A stretch of DNA of 64,000 bases from Octopus bimaculoides. Its lineage: Eukaryota. The stretch's first letter is position 1; the number at the start of each line of letters is the position of its first letter. Below the pieces are notes generated by a model that worked only from the letters and a program-made list of their open reading frames with translations, made no database searches and had not been told where the DNA came from. The translations under genes and the position numbers were made by a program. Shown one piece after another: positions 1 through 12,290 of this stretch. Location: NCBI RefSeq assembly GCF_001194135.2, contig NC_068987.1, forward strand, positions 76,095,094-76,159,093, written 5' to 3'.

Positions 1-350
1 TAGTACTAGAGGTTATGTGGAGAATTTTGGATAGTCACCAACTTGATCGGTGATTCTGTAAGCGTTTTCTCCTTTTCATCTGCACGTGTGAACATAGGAA
101 TTTGTGTGTGAGCATATGCATATCCAAGTGGAAGGAGATGGAATGTGTTTCATATACATCTGCCTATTTATTTGCACGTTGAGCATCTCACAGAACACAT
201 ATTTATAACAATAAACATTTACATATAAAACTACCCCCTTACATAAACATGAGTAACACACGGACATTATATATATATAATGTATATATGTATGTACATA
301 TATATATATGTGCATACATGCATGCATTTATATAAATGCATATATATACG

Positions 351-558
351 TTTTACTCTTTTACTTGTTTCAGTCATTTGACAGCGGCCATGCTGGAGCA
401 CCGCATTTAGTCGAGCAAATCGACCCCAGGACTTATTCTTTGTAAGCCTAGTACTTATTCTATCGGTCTCTTTTGCGGGGACGTAAACACACCAGCATCG
501 GTTGTCAAGCGATGTTGGGAGTACAAACACAGACACACAAACACATACACACACACAT

Positions 559-613
<55 letters not shown>
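351..613 (-). mobile_element. SINE family B, 3' half followed by (CA)n and an assembly gap
   Basis: Reverse complement of the 3' half of the full copy at 38992-39370 (cagtcatttgacagcggccatgctggagcacc...cggttgtcaagcgatg). Confidence 0.8.
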
Positions 614-828
614 NNNNNNNNNNNNNNNNNNNNNNNNNNNNNNNNNNNNNNNNNNNNNNNNNNNNNNNNNNNNNNNNNNNNNNNNNNNNNNNNNNNNNNN
701 NNNNNNNNNNNNNNNNNNNNNNNNNNNNNNNNNNNNNNNNNNNNNNNNNNNNNNNNNNNNNNNNNNNNNNNNNNNNNNNNNNNNNNNNNNNNNNNNNNNN
801 NNNNNNNNNNNNNNNNNNNNNNNNNNNN

Positions 829-867
<39 letters not shown>

Positions 868-989
868 TAGAGGGATCTTCATTAGGCCTTGAGCCCAACA
901 ATGATACTTCATGCATGGAGTACATATTAAATTTTATTAAACTTCAGCAATATTTTTCAAGCAATGAATAATTTTTATCAAAGCAATGA

Positions 990-1300
990 TATAATTTGTC
1001 GACTTGGAACTTATTGCGAAGCTGCATGATAAACAACACAACCACCACCATCATCACCACATCTGCCATATACAAATCATGCAGACTTCTGACGCCACCA
1101 CCATCAATACCTTTGACTTCGCTGCCTTCCCCTCTATCACCATCACCACTGTCCTTCACATTGCTTACTCTCACTTCATCCCTCACCCCCTCGGCTACCA
1201 GCACCACCACCATCATCACTGCCGCCTCCGCCCCTATCGCAACTACACCTCATGCTATTACTATCACCCCATTACCATCACGAAAAGGCTAAATGTGTGT
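990..1300. repeat. Degenerate (CAC/CAT)n trinucleotide low-complexity tract
   Basis: Interrupted accaccatcatc runs; this tract generates the His/Thr/Val-rich ORFs in the track. Confidence 0.7.
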
Positions 1301-1367
1301 GTTCGTCCAGTACGTTACTTCAGACTGTTAGTTCAGTAGTCAGCCACTCTTACCCTCTCACACCTAC

Positions 1368-1398
<31 letters not shown>

Positions 1399-1535
1399 TT
1401 GTCTTCGCCACCACCCTCACCGTCTTTATGCCTACTATTACTCTCACCCCAACATGAACAATAGTAGGAGTGTAAATGAATAGTTAGAGAGGGGGTCGAA
1501 GTGTGACTCACTGATACACAGAAATTATTTTTCGC

Positions 1536-1569
<34 letters not shown>

Positions 1570-1633
1570 CCATTTTTTCCTGTCTTGGTTTGTGTTTGCC
1601 ACCTTGGAATCCTCTGTGTAGTGGGTTGATCCA

Positions 1634-1722
1634 CTACTCAGGAAGAGACTATTCTAGAGTACGTTCTGTCTTATCTTCGAAACGTCTAGATAGAATAGAG
1701 ACAGCTGATGAAGGGATATTCC
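1634..1722 (+). ncRNA. Decayed tandem hammerhead-like motifs
   Basis: cta-CTCAGGA-...-GAAAC-GTC-tag at 1634-1689, then CTGATGA-agggatattcc at 1705-1722 with no GAAA. Confidence 0.3.
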
Positions 1723-1980
1723 AAGTGGCTTTCCGTTTTCCTATGTGTTCGTTCCGTTGTCTGTAGTTTATTGTTCTAACGTCCTGTACCCTGATATGCA
1801 TGTATATACACATGTAGATGTAAGTATGTACATATATGTGTGTATACATGTATATATATTCTTTGTATTATANNNNNNNNNNNNNNNNNNNNNNNNNNNN
1901 NNNNNNNNNNNNNNNNNNNNNNNNNNNNNNNNNNNNNNNNNNNNNNNNNNNNNNNNNNNNNNNNNNNNNNNNNNNNNNNN

Positions 1981-2017
<37 letters not shown>

Positions 2018-3704
2018 ACATAGATGTATATATATGTGTGTGTGCGCTCTGGGGATATAGCAGAAGACACATGTCCAAGGTGCGAAGCAGTTGGACTGAA
2101 CCCGGAATCTTGTACTCAGGAAGTAAACTTCTATCGATGTCAATTAGCGAAAGGTATAAATATCAGTGGTGAACCCAGTAATGAAAAAAAAAAAGACCTG
2201 CCTTACAAATGGTAATAATATTAACAGTTTCAAATTTTGGTACAAGGCCAGTGATTTAGAAGGAGAGGAAATTCGATTACATAGACGCCAGCGCTCAACT
2301 GGTACTTTATTGTCCCAAAATCGTCTTCTACAACACAGTGTTTCACCGCTTGTCGCATTCTACCTTCATCTCTTTCGCGACGTTAAATAGTCTGGTGTCA
2401 GAATTCACATTCGCCTATACCTTCATCGACTTTCCTTATGCATCGCTTAATATATCGGATTCAACTCATACCTATTTTTTCTTTCTTACTTCATTCGTGC
2501 TCCTTCGTTCATACACACACTAGAATTTAATTCAGCGATGTATGAGGGTCTATTGAACATAGACGACTAGGTAGAATGGAAAGTCTTATTTTGGTATTCT
2601 CTTCGGCTTTCTTCGCTGCTTAAGCCACCTTTACCTATGGTCCCTTTTTCTTTTGGGGATCAATAGATGAGGTATCAGTCTAGTACTGATGTTTCGTGTG
2701 TATGTGTGTATGTGGGGTGGGGGCGTGCGCGCGCTGTTTCATATTTGAAGAAAGAACAACTCCGCCAGGTGAAAAATGCATGACACCCTATATGTCAGGA
2801 TGTGACATACAGCATGTCTTGGGTACTTTTTTACGGGACCTCCCCTGACGGTAGCTGTCTCAGTAGCACGCTACTAGGCAGAGTAGCGTGTAACTTTGGA
2901 ATTCTGGGACTTGTCTCTCTCTCTCTCTCTCTCTCTTTCACTGCGGCTCACAGCGAGCAAGACGTGACTTCCTCATCTCTTAATCTCATCTTGGTGAGAT
3001 GCACAACCCTGAGACAAGCAACGGCAAGTAAACATTAAGCCACTATGACTTGGATTTACTTGGTCTTCACTTGTAAATATTCTGTATAAGTTTCTCTACT
3101 TGTACATATCTGTGACCTCAAGTAAACGGTGTTCTTTCTTCGCGAAGTGATATCTTCTTTTCCAGCTTCCTGAGCGGAGCCGTTATTTAGATGGTTCTGC
3201 CACACTTGGCCACGGCACATCTAAAATTAGCAATTGAAGGCCTTTGGAAAGAAGAAAGGCGACTGAATCCTTGGAAGAAAGGAAAGAAAGGCATTCTCCA
3301 AACAAATTAAGCATTTAGCTACCCTAAACGGCAACTAGTGAAGTAACTTCAAAATGCCCACAGTTATTTTATGAGAAACTTACAGCTACACTGATTGCAT
3401 TCTTTCATCTTGTTGATTTCTCAGGTTACGACATATGAACAATGACAGGTGTATTATAATTGATTGTCCTTGATAACATCACAGGCCATTACGTAGCAAA
3501 TATCCAATTATAGTTTATAAAATGACAAGGGCTCAGTTATCAATCTTGAATTTCTCATGTGACAATGACAACCAGATCACTGCATGTTTTTTTGTTTTTT
3601 TTACTTATTTTTACTTATTCTATTTTCCCTGATTTTTTAATCTCACGAGTGTGGGGTTTACAACAGGAAATTAGAATTCCCCTTTAAGTGATTTGGTGTT
3701 GCTG

Positions 3705-3736
<32 letters not shown>

Positions 3737-3780
3737 GATGATTACGGCGGCGGTGGCGGTGGTAGGGCCTCGATATCGTT

Positions 3781-4050
3781 TTTCTTTTATTTGTTTTAGT
3801 CATTAGACTGCTGTCATGCTGGAGCACTATCTCGAAGGGTTTAGTCGAACAAATCGTCTCCAGTACTTACTTTTAAGTCTGTCACTTATTCTATCATCCT
3901 CTTTTTCCTAACCGGTAAGTTACGGGGACGTGAATACACTATCACCGGTTGCTAAGCGGTGGTGGAGGACAAGCACAAAGGTACACACACACACACACGC
4001 ATATGTACTGCGGGATTTCTCACTGTTTCCGCCTACCAAATTCTCATGGA
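3781..4050 (-). mobile_element. SINE family B, diverged copy with internal (CA)n
   Basis: Same tail and mid motifs as 38992-39370, in reverse orientation. Confidence 0.7.
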
Positions 4051-4673
4051 TGTGGTAAGGTAAATATCCAAACAAATGACACTCAGATGTTTTCTTGAAA
4101 CGAAATAAAATAATTTCGTGACTAAGATCTTGAAATTCTTCTAAGTCAACTTCTAATTCTAATTTTGCTAACAAAAGAAAAAAATAAAAAAATACTGAAA
4201 GATTTTATTCATTAGAATATTGAAATTACGATGTGATTTGATGTCGTTGAAACATTAGAAACACGACATCAGAAAAATAAAACAGAATGGCCATTGCTAG
4301 AACTCTTAATCATAGGTCTAAGATTAGGTCTAGCCTGGGGTTAAAAATCTACTTTTAATATTGATGTTTAAGTAAATCTCAATAGAATGCAAGCGCAAGA
4401 ATGCGAGTGGAAAATTCTTATGGAACCTAAGTCTACGGCACAGGTTCCTGCTCTAGTTCAAACTCTACATTTTGTTTATTCCTTGTACATGTGAACTATG
4501 CTTGCAGACAGTAATAATCTGTTGTGAGGATGGTTTATTTATTTCATTATTTATTCTATACTGCAGTTTTAGAACATCCATACCGTTAGCTATAGCTTTT
4601 AACATGCCAAACCCAGGTTCACTGCAGTTCTTTATTCCTAGTAGGATTTATGCGGGTAGCGGAAGTAGAAAGA

Positions 4674-4734
<61 letters not shown>

Positions 4735-4735
<1 letters not shown>

Positions 4736-4873
4736 TCACAGCTTATTTTGCTGGGTATGCTGGAAAGTGTCAGCTGTCCACAGCCAGTAGACTAAGGTGA
4801 GACTTGTTTACTGGCCATGCTTTATGAACCCTGCGAAGAATTCTTGCAGTTCCAAGCAATGCTGATTTTTGTA
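4735..4873 (-). mobile_element. 3' end of an R4/Dong-clade non-LTR retrotransposon, heavily 5'-truncated, inside (TAA)n
   Basis: Minus frame reads QKSALLGTARILRRVH, matching the typical R4/Dong C-terminus QKxxLLGTAxILR. A short 3' UTR runs into (TAA)n; arrays lie at 4674-4734 and 4874-5002. Confidence 0.7.
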
Positions 4874-4923
4874 TATTATTATTATTACCATTATCATCAT
4901 CATCATCATCATCATCATTATCA

Positions 4924-5003
<80 letters not shown>

Positions 5004-6059
5004 TCCGAATAATTTCGAAATGGTTGCATAGCTGGTGGTTAACTCTGGGTGTCTCAGAGAGTACCTGGCAAGCTGCAGCCGTCTTCCCTTAGTCTTTGTC
5101 AGTTGAGGAGAGAAGTCATAGAGTTGCTAAGGAGAGGAGTTATTATAGAGTTAACTGGACACAGGGGGTCATCTTGTAGCATCAATGAAGAGATTTGGTC
5201 ACAAGTTTAGTCAGAATCCAAGTTTCAAATCCCTCAATGAGAATTGTTTTTTCTTGAGTTGCCTAGAGAAGCTTGAATCCGAATATTCTTCACATCAACA
5301 AGATTCCAAAGTTACAAGTTAATTGATAAGCAAAGCCTCAACGAACATTTAATATCGCTCTCTGTAATCGCCGCTAATGATCCGATGCAATTAAAGTCAG
5401 ACACTTGCTTGAGCGGATACTTTCAACGGCCTTGTGTAGAACGAAATCAACTATGCTGTGGACCACGTGAGCTGTAACCCGGTTCTGTTGCATTCGGTTT
5501 CTATTCTTAATATGAAATGTCATGCGATTGTAAAGCGATTCTATCGGTAAGGTTTAAATCAGTTAGTGAGATTTTATATTCGAGTTTGAAACCGCTCTCT
5601 GACAAAGTTCTCCGAAATCTTACGTAGAATAAGTGATTTAAGCATTAGCACATAAAACAATAATTTAATATAATTTGCTCCCAACGTCCCATAAAGCATA
5701 AATTTCTGTTAATCATAATGCTTTATATATGACATTAATCATGAGAAAGAGTACGTGCAAAGTGATGCTGTAGTAGTCACGACATTGTTACTGTCACTTT
5801 GTTTTTACGTATTCATTCCATCACACCTCTAGAAACAATAATTCCGATTGTACGAATTTATTCCGTCTAATTAAGTATAGTTACAGGCGATAAATAATTA
5901 GTGTGAATTTAAGTTTTGTTTAGGTTGTCATTTGCGTCATTACAAATTAAGTGGAATAATTTGGAAAGCTGGAAACAAATTTAAGATTCATTTTCCCAAT
6001 TTTTATTATAGATTTTTAAATCAATATTTGTTAAGTGGATAAGAGTAATGTCTTCAGTA

Positions 6060-6380
6060 ATGGCTAGTACTAATTAAAAAATTAAGAACTGCGGGCAAAA
6101 GTTATTTGTTCAATGCAATGAAAAATGGACAGATAATTTGTTTTTCATAAAACAGATAGAAAGAATGTGTTACGTGTAAATATTCAGTTCCGGTATATAA
6201 GAAGTACAATTTTTCACGTCACTGTTTGATCAAGCATAAGGAACAGGAAAAACTAAAAGGGACCCTGTGTTTAGTCAAGCTCTCATTTTTAAAAGAATCT
6301 TTATGCAAGCATCAATCTTCAAAAGACATATTAATGAAAATACTTTCATAACAAGTTATGAAGTAGCGAGTTAATTAATT
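6060..6380 (+). pseudogene. hAT (Buster/SPIN/Charlie-like) transposase N-terminal remnant
   Basis: Stitched frames read CNEKWTDNLFFIK / CVTCKYSVPVYKKYNFSRHCLIKH / SIFKRHINENTFITSYEVA. This resembles the FxxxW...C..C....K.YN..RH...H zinc finger and the SYxV motif of Buster-type hAT transposases. Frameshifts and stops are present. Confidence 0.55.
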
Positions 6381-6869
6381 ACATTTCAGAATGTTTCAGT
6401 CTTTTGAGCCAATTTTAAAAAAGACTTCGAGATTTACAAAATTATGAGATTCAACCAGGAATATGCAAAAGTAATATCCTCCCCACGCACACACTTTGAA
6501 ATGTTGTCAGATCACACTCCTTATTCCATACAAGAAATTGCTGCTTCATCAATCCTATTTAATATCTCTTGAGTTTCCCAATATAAGGTAGAACCGACCA
6601 TTCTCATTATGATGCAAGATAAGAAGCTTCATTAACTTTAAAACATTAGGCTCTATTGCGTCATTCACTTTTTTCAGTATGGGAACATTATAGCTATCTG
6701 TTTAATTAATGCATTACAATATTTTAATTAAAATTGTTCAGCGTGTTCGCGTTCACACCTCTGAATTTATAAGATTAAAGATTCTTTATATTTCTCCGCT
6801 CAGTTGCGCCCTTACATGACCGTTTACACTGTACTAAAAGATTAAAGTTCCCCGTTCCTGCTCCATATG

Positions 6870-7995
6870 ATCATTAGACATGCTAGAAATAGAACAGCAG
6901 CTACATCTCTTTCATATTACATTCTAATTAAAGAAAGAGGGTATTAGTTATAGCAATTAAAAAATCCATGAAAATACTGGATGGTCATGCCTGGAATACC
7001 TATGGTCGTAAGTCTGCTATATCAAGTTGAAAGTTACTTAACAACAACCCTGTCCAAATTGTTAAGGTTACTGAAAAATACCAGCTATAGAGTCGAAACT
7101 TTGCACCTCATCACTGTCGGAGTGGTGTGTTGTTGAGATTGCATCAGTTTCAGGACACCTAGCTGAAGGATAGGTACCACAGTAAACAGTAAGTCACTGT
7201 TGTAAATTGAGTAGCTCATCTGAATTGACAAAGGAGGTATCAGGTGGTATGGAGCTCAATCCTGAACGCAAAAAATATTACTTAATATACAGTTTTGTTT
7301 TCTCTCGGAAGGGTTATATCGTTAAGTCAGGGAGAACAGACAGTACCCATGATCATTTTTGGAGTTCCCAAAATTTCTGGAAAGAGGTTTCCCTGAAACA
7401 GGAAATATAGCCCGAATGCTTGCAATAAAATGCACTCTGTTAAAGACATTCCTGCACTAACAGGTGTTGGTTAGTCTCAAGTCAGCCTTAATGAAACCAA
7501 CTTGTGATCGAAGACATTATAGCTGTAACTGCCTTCGGTGTCTTTTTCAAATTTAAGTTGGTAGTGTGTGATTTGAAGGAATATGGTTGATATTGCAAGC
7601 TGGTCCAGTGACCTCATAGGAGCTCCGTTAAATTGATCTTCTATTTTAGATGGAGATTAATTCATACGTTCAAGCAAAAGGCCATTGACCGGAGAAAACT
7701 GAGAGTTGGTCAAATCAATTCATTTCAGTATATTTGTTATATTTCTCCCTTACTAAAATCTTGAATCAATGATATACGAGCTTTCATCTTCGCGGTCACA
7801 CGAGCTTGCAGAAATAGCAGCCAAATCTCCATCAAAATACATTGTCTTCTTAAAAATAGGACATATCGGACAATGAAGGTTCTCGTATTGAAGAATACCA
7901 TGTGGTCATTATAGAAGAGCCTATTGATTATAGGTCTGCCGGATCAATGCTAATCTCAGGGCTGAACACCAGCACCACTACCACCAGGAACAACA
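6870..7995. mobile_element. Three diverged fragments of one unclassified interspersed repeat (family F): about 6870-7050 (+), 7465-7630 (-), 7790-7995 (+)
   Basis: Shared gaaatag..cagc...ggtc...gatcataggtctgc motifs ending in CAA-type repeats; recognised by eye only. Confidence 0.4.
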
Positions 7996-8090
7996 ACGGT
8001 CACAAAAAAGAAAAAAACAAAAGCAACAACAAATTTATTGTCTTTTACCCATCTGAGAAACAAGGACTTGTAATATGTACACAAGATTAA

Positions 8091-8700
8091 GGCAGCGATC
8101 TGGCAGAACCATTAGCACACCGAGCAAAAAACGCTAAGCATTTTGTCCGACGTACTGACGATTCTACCTGCTCGCCGCTATAATAATAGAAACGGTCTCG
8201 AATTTTGGCACAAGGCCAACAACTTCGGGGAGGGGTAAGTCGATTACACTGACCCCAGTAATTAACTGGTACTTAATTTATCCACCCCTCGAATGGATGA
8301 AAGATAAAGTCAACTTCGGCAGAATTTGAACTCAGAACATAAAAACTGACAAAATGCATCTAAGCATTTTGCCCGCTGTGCTTACGATTCTGCTGGTTTC
8401 TGATTTAGATACAAGATCAGGGTTTAATCAGTACTTGACTGGTAATACATGTCATGAACCCCGTAGGGACAAAAAGTAAGTTAACCACAGCAGCATTTGA
8501 TCTCGGGATGTAAAAATGTCAGAAGTGACGCAAGGTATTTTTCTCTGGCGCTCTGACGATTCCAACAATTCACCACACTTAATAATTGTTTCTAAATTAG
8601 GTACAGAGCCAGCAGTTTCGAGGAGAGAGCATTAGTTGATACCAACAATGCCAGTACTAGGCTAGTGCTTTATTTTATCAAGTTTGATCTTTACAAGCAA
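8091..8700. mobile_element. Cluster of decayed SINE family D copies
   Basis: Repeated gctggcagaa..ttagcac, gagttcaaat and ctggtacttaatttatc motifs in both orientations. Confidence 0.7.
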
Positions 8701-9818
8701 CAATCCAGGGGCATATTTCGGTTTTATTAGACTTCTTCTTTCGCTAGTGTTAGCGTAATTATTTCCTGATAGCATTAAAATCCTACCAAGAAATAATTAC
8801 GCAGTGTAGAACATTGCAAGATTTGCCGCACGTTTCCATATTATTATGACCTCAGAAGTGATACGCAGACTTGCCGAAGTAAAGTTGTGACATCCAGAAA
8901 TTAAATCTGAAGAATGATAATATTATTTAGAGAATAAAAGAAAGTTACGGTAATCATCACGCTGCTATCTTAACAGAGCTGTTAGCTTAACAACAACAAT
9001 CAGTAGAGTGAACGCAATAATGCAAAAAAAACAACATTTACAGTAAATATCTCCAAGCGAAATGACGACGTGATGTCTTGTACGTGACTGTATTAAACGA
9101 GTGAAATGACTGAATTTAGTTTCCATTTGCCAGTCAACGATTAGAGTTCTATATATCATCAACATTCTTACTTAATCAATGGCAGTTCTTTTCACATAGA
9201 TTGCTGCTCACATAATATGACTCTTTCTACACACGCTGCGATGTTCTTACACATACTTCAGCCAGAAAAGCAGAACGCGGTCCTGTTAACACACGGGAGA
9301 CAGCTCCCTTCTACGCTGGAAATGGATATTCTTGACCTTTCATTTTCTTCAAACTGAAGACCCGTTAATACATGACAATATACTGGTATACGGGAGCTAC
9401 AATGATACACGCGCGCTCTTACATACGCATGAATATATTAAAATCTTCTCAGTGAAATGGCTTTTATGTAATTTCACCCTTTTATTACAGCTGCGGTTAA
9501 GGCGATGAACTGATAAAATCGTTAATTCGCCATCACCTTGTTTTCGAAACGCCCATATTTGGCGACAGCTTCCGGAAGTTATTCCTTGCTTAACCACTGA
9601 TTATACACGTTGGGATTGCGGAAAGGCATCTCCCTCGGATTATTACTTGTTCCGATCCATGGCTCACTTCCTGCAGCACATCATCAACCAAGAGGCGGGG
9701 GAAGCTTCGGTGAAGGAGTTCTTTGCTTCGAAGGACAAGAACTAGAATCAGCGAGGATGTTAAAGAACTGGTAGAAAAGTGACTTCAGACAATGCAACAC
9801 GATGGCCTCTACATTATT

Positions 9819-10234
9819 CTTTCATACTCTAGGCACAAGGCCCGAAATTTTGGTGGAGTGGGCCAGTCGATTAGACCAATCTCAGTATGCAAGTGGTACT
9901 TAATTTATCGACCCCGAAAGGATGAAAAGCAAAGTTAACCTCAGCTGAATTTAAACTCAGAACGTAAAGACAGACGAAATACCTGGCGTGCTAGCGTTTC
10001 TTATTTCTTTATTGCCCACAAGGGGCTAAACATAGAGGACACAAACAAGGACAAACAAAGGGGTTAAGTCGATTACATCGACCCCAGTGCGTAACTGGTA
10101 CTTAATTTATCGACCCCGAAAGGATGAAGGGCAAAGTCGACCTCGGCGGAATTTAAACTCAGAACGTAGCGGCAGACGAAATACCGCCAAATACCCCCCG
10201 GCGTGCTAACGTTTCTGCCAGCTCGCCGCCTCTT
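9819..10234 (-). mobile_element. SINE family D, complete dimeric copy with 17-bp TSD (possibly the octopus Twin SINE)
   Basis: Head carries A-box-like TGGCAGAAACG and B-box GAGTTTAAATTCC; the internal unit is duplicated. TSD atggcctctacattatt at 9802-9818 and 10235-10251. The Twin name is an unverified recollection. Confidence 0.9.
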
Positions 10235-10394
10235 ATGGCCTCTACATTATTGATAAGTTGTTTTTGTTGTAACATGACGAATAAAGGAAATGAGTTATCA
10301 AAATATTGCAAAACTTTTGACTCAACACAATAAAACAGAGATTGATTCAGTCAGTAAGGCATTCCTGTTTGATTTACAAATAGTAATCCTTTAT

Positions 10395-10580
10395 ACCACA
10401 GGCATAAAATTTGGGGGGTAGTGGATTAGTCGTATATATCGGCCTCAGTACTTCACTGGTACTTAATCTTATCGACACTGAAAGGCAAAGTCGACTTCGG
10501 CAGAATTTGAACTCAACATAGCTACAAGCGAAATACCATTATGGATTTTTGTCCAGCGTGCTATCTATTCTGCCAACTCT
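10395..10580 (-). mobile_element. SINE family D monomer, diverged
   Basis: aaaggcaaagtcgacttcggcagaatttgaactc core is present. Confidence 0.75.
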
Positions 10581-11301
10581 TATAATTTACAAACAATTTT
10601 AAGAAAACATTTTTTTGTCGAAGATCTATAAGGTCTTCCCGTTTGTTTGTGTGAAATTACGTGTATTAACTTTGTTTCTTGTGGCTTTCTCTTGAAGTAT
10701 TTCACCCTTGCAGGTTGCAGTTAAAAGTCAAAAGTTGAGAGTATTAACGCAAAAAAAAAAATAATAATAAATAATAGCTTGTTTATTGTTTTCTTGAGGA
10801 CAACAAGAAACTATAGCACATGAAAGATGTCAGCCGTCTTAAACCAATCGATGGGTGGTGTATATACTTAAGTTAACGTGACATTTTAATCTCCCTAACT
10901 TTAGCTGATAATATGTCGATTAACGCTACTTAAACTTTAACCTCGTTTAGGAGACAGAGATTTTCGTTCAACACACACACACGCATATAGATACACACAC
11001 ACACACACACACACACACGAACATAAATGTGTGAATGTATGTGCGTACGCATATATAATATATACATATATATATATATACACATGCATGTATATAAGCA
11101 TCTTTTTCCTCTCTTGAAGCCAAAGTCACCTGGTAAATTTCTCTTTCCACTTCACTCTATTTCTTCTATAGAAGGCGAGATGAAAATACCACCAAATCGA
11201 GCAGTCGCCCGGAGTTTCAAAATAAAAGGGCAAAATTTAAATGAATAAATATATGAAATAAACGCTTTATGTCCACATTCAATAAATTATAATAAGCACT
11301 T

Positions 11302-11956
11302 GGATCTATTTCAAAACGGGGGCACCAGTATTTTCTTAATGAAACACTAACGAAACACTTTGAAACTTGGGACACTGGTAGAATGTGTCATATAAAACAT
11401 CTTTTACTCTTAGTCTTCTTAACAAAAAAACGTACATCGCAAGTTATTCCATGTTAAAGTTGTCGTATTTCTGTAATTTCAACCAATCACTGACGTCTAT
11501 TCAGCTGAATAGAGTTACTGCTGGGCGGTCATAAAAATGTTATTCCCTGTGACATATTTCATCCGGTTTAATCGTAATTTATACGCATATATTGTTTATA
11601 TAATAAATTACGCTGTGCGTATCTATGTGTGTAACAATTTTAGAGTTCGGATTCTAGAGTTAGGGTTAGTTTTAGGGTTAGGGTTAGGGTTAACAGTCTA
11701 GTTAGGGTTAGGGTTAGGGGATTAATATGATATACACCGTTACAGCGCTAACTGTTTTCAACTGAATAGACGTCAGTGATTAGTAGAAATTATCGAAATA
11801 AGACAATTTTTTACATGAAATAAATTCGAATACAAAAGTTTTTTTCTGTTCTATAACACAAAATAGATAAGTATACGAAGTTTGAAAGTCTTTCGGTACC
11901 AAAAACACTACATAAAACATAAATGAAAACTGGTGCCCCCGTTTTGAAATAGATCC
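11302..11956. mobile_element. Non-autonomous DNA transposon (MITE), 655 bp, 28-bp perfect TIRs, 8-bp TSD, carrying telomeric repeats
   Basis: TIR ggatctatttcaaaacgggggcaccagt at 11302-11329 and its exact reverse complement at 11929-11956. TSD aagcactt at 11294-11301 and 11957-11964. Confidence 0.92.
11660..11719 (+). repeat. Interstitial (TTAGGG)n inside the MITE
   Basis: Seven perfect TTAGGG units in groups of 1, 3 and 3, separated by ttagtt and ttaacagtctag. Confidence 0.9.
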
Positions 11957-12290
11957 AAGCACTTCACTGATACATCCACAGGTTTTATTTCTAGTGAAAA
12001 CTTTAAAATATTGTTGTAAGGGCTTCGAATAAGAACAGTTGTCTTAATGTTGGATAAGAATACCGCGTAGATTTTGTTCCGAGTATCTGTCTAATTTCTG
12101 AGTTCATACAGCACCGAGATCAGCTTTGGCTTTCAATCTTTCGTGTAGATATAGAAAAAAAAGTACCTGGTGAACTAACTGGCAGAGTTATTGGAACGTC
12201 AGATTGGACGCATTACAACATTGTTCCAAATATTTGAGTTTAGGGTTCAAATTTCGCAATGAGCAGTCGTCATTATCTGTAACTCGGTTT

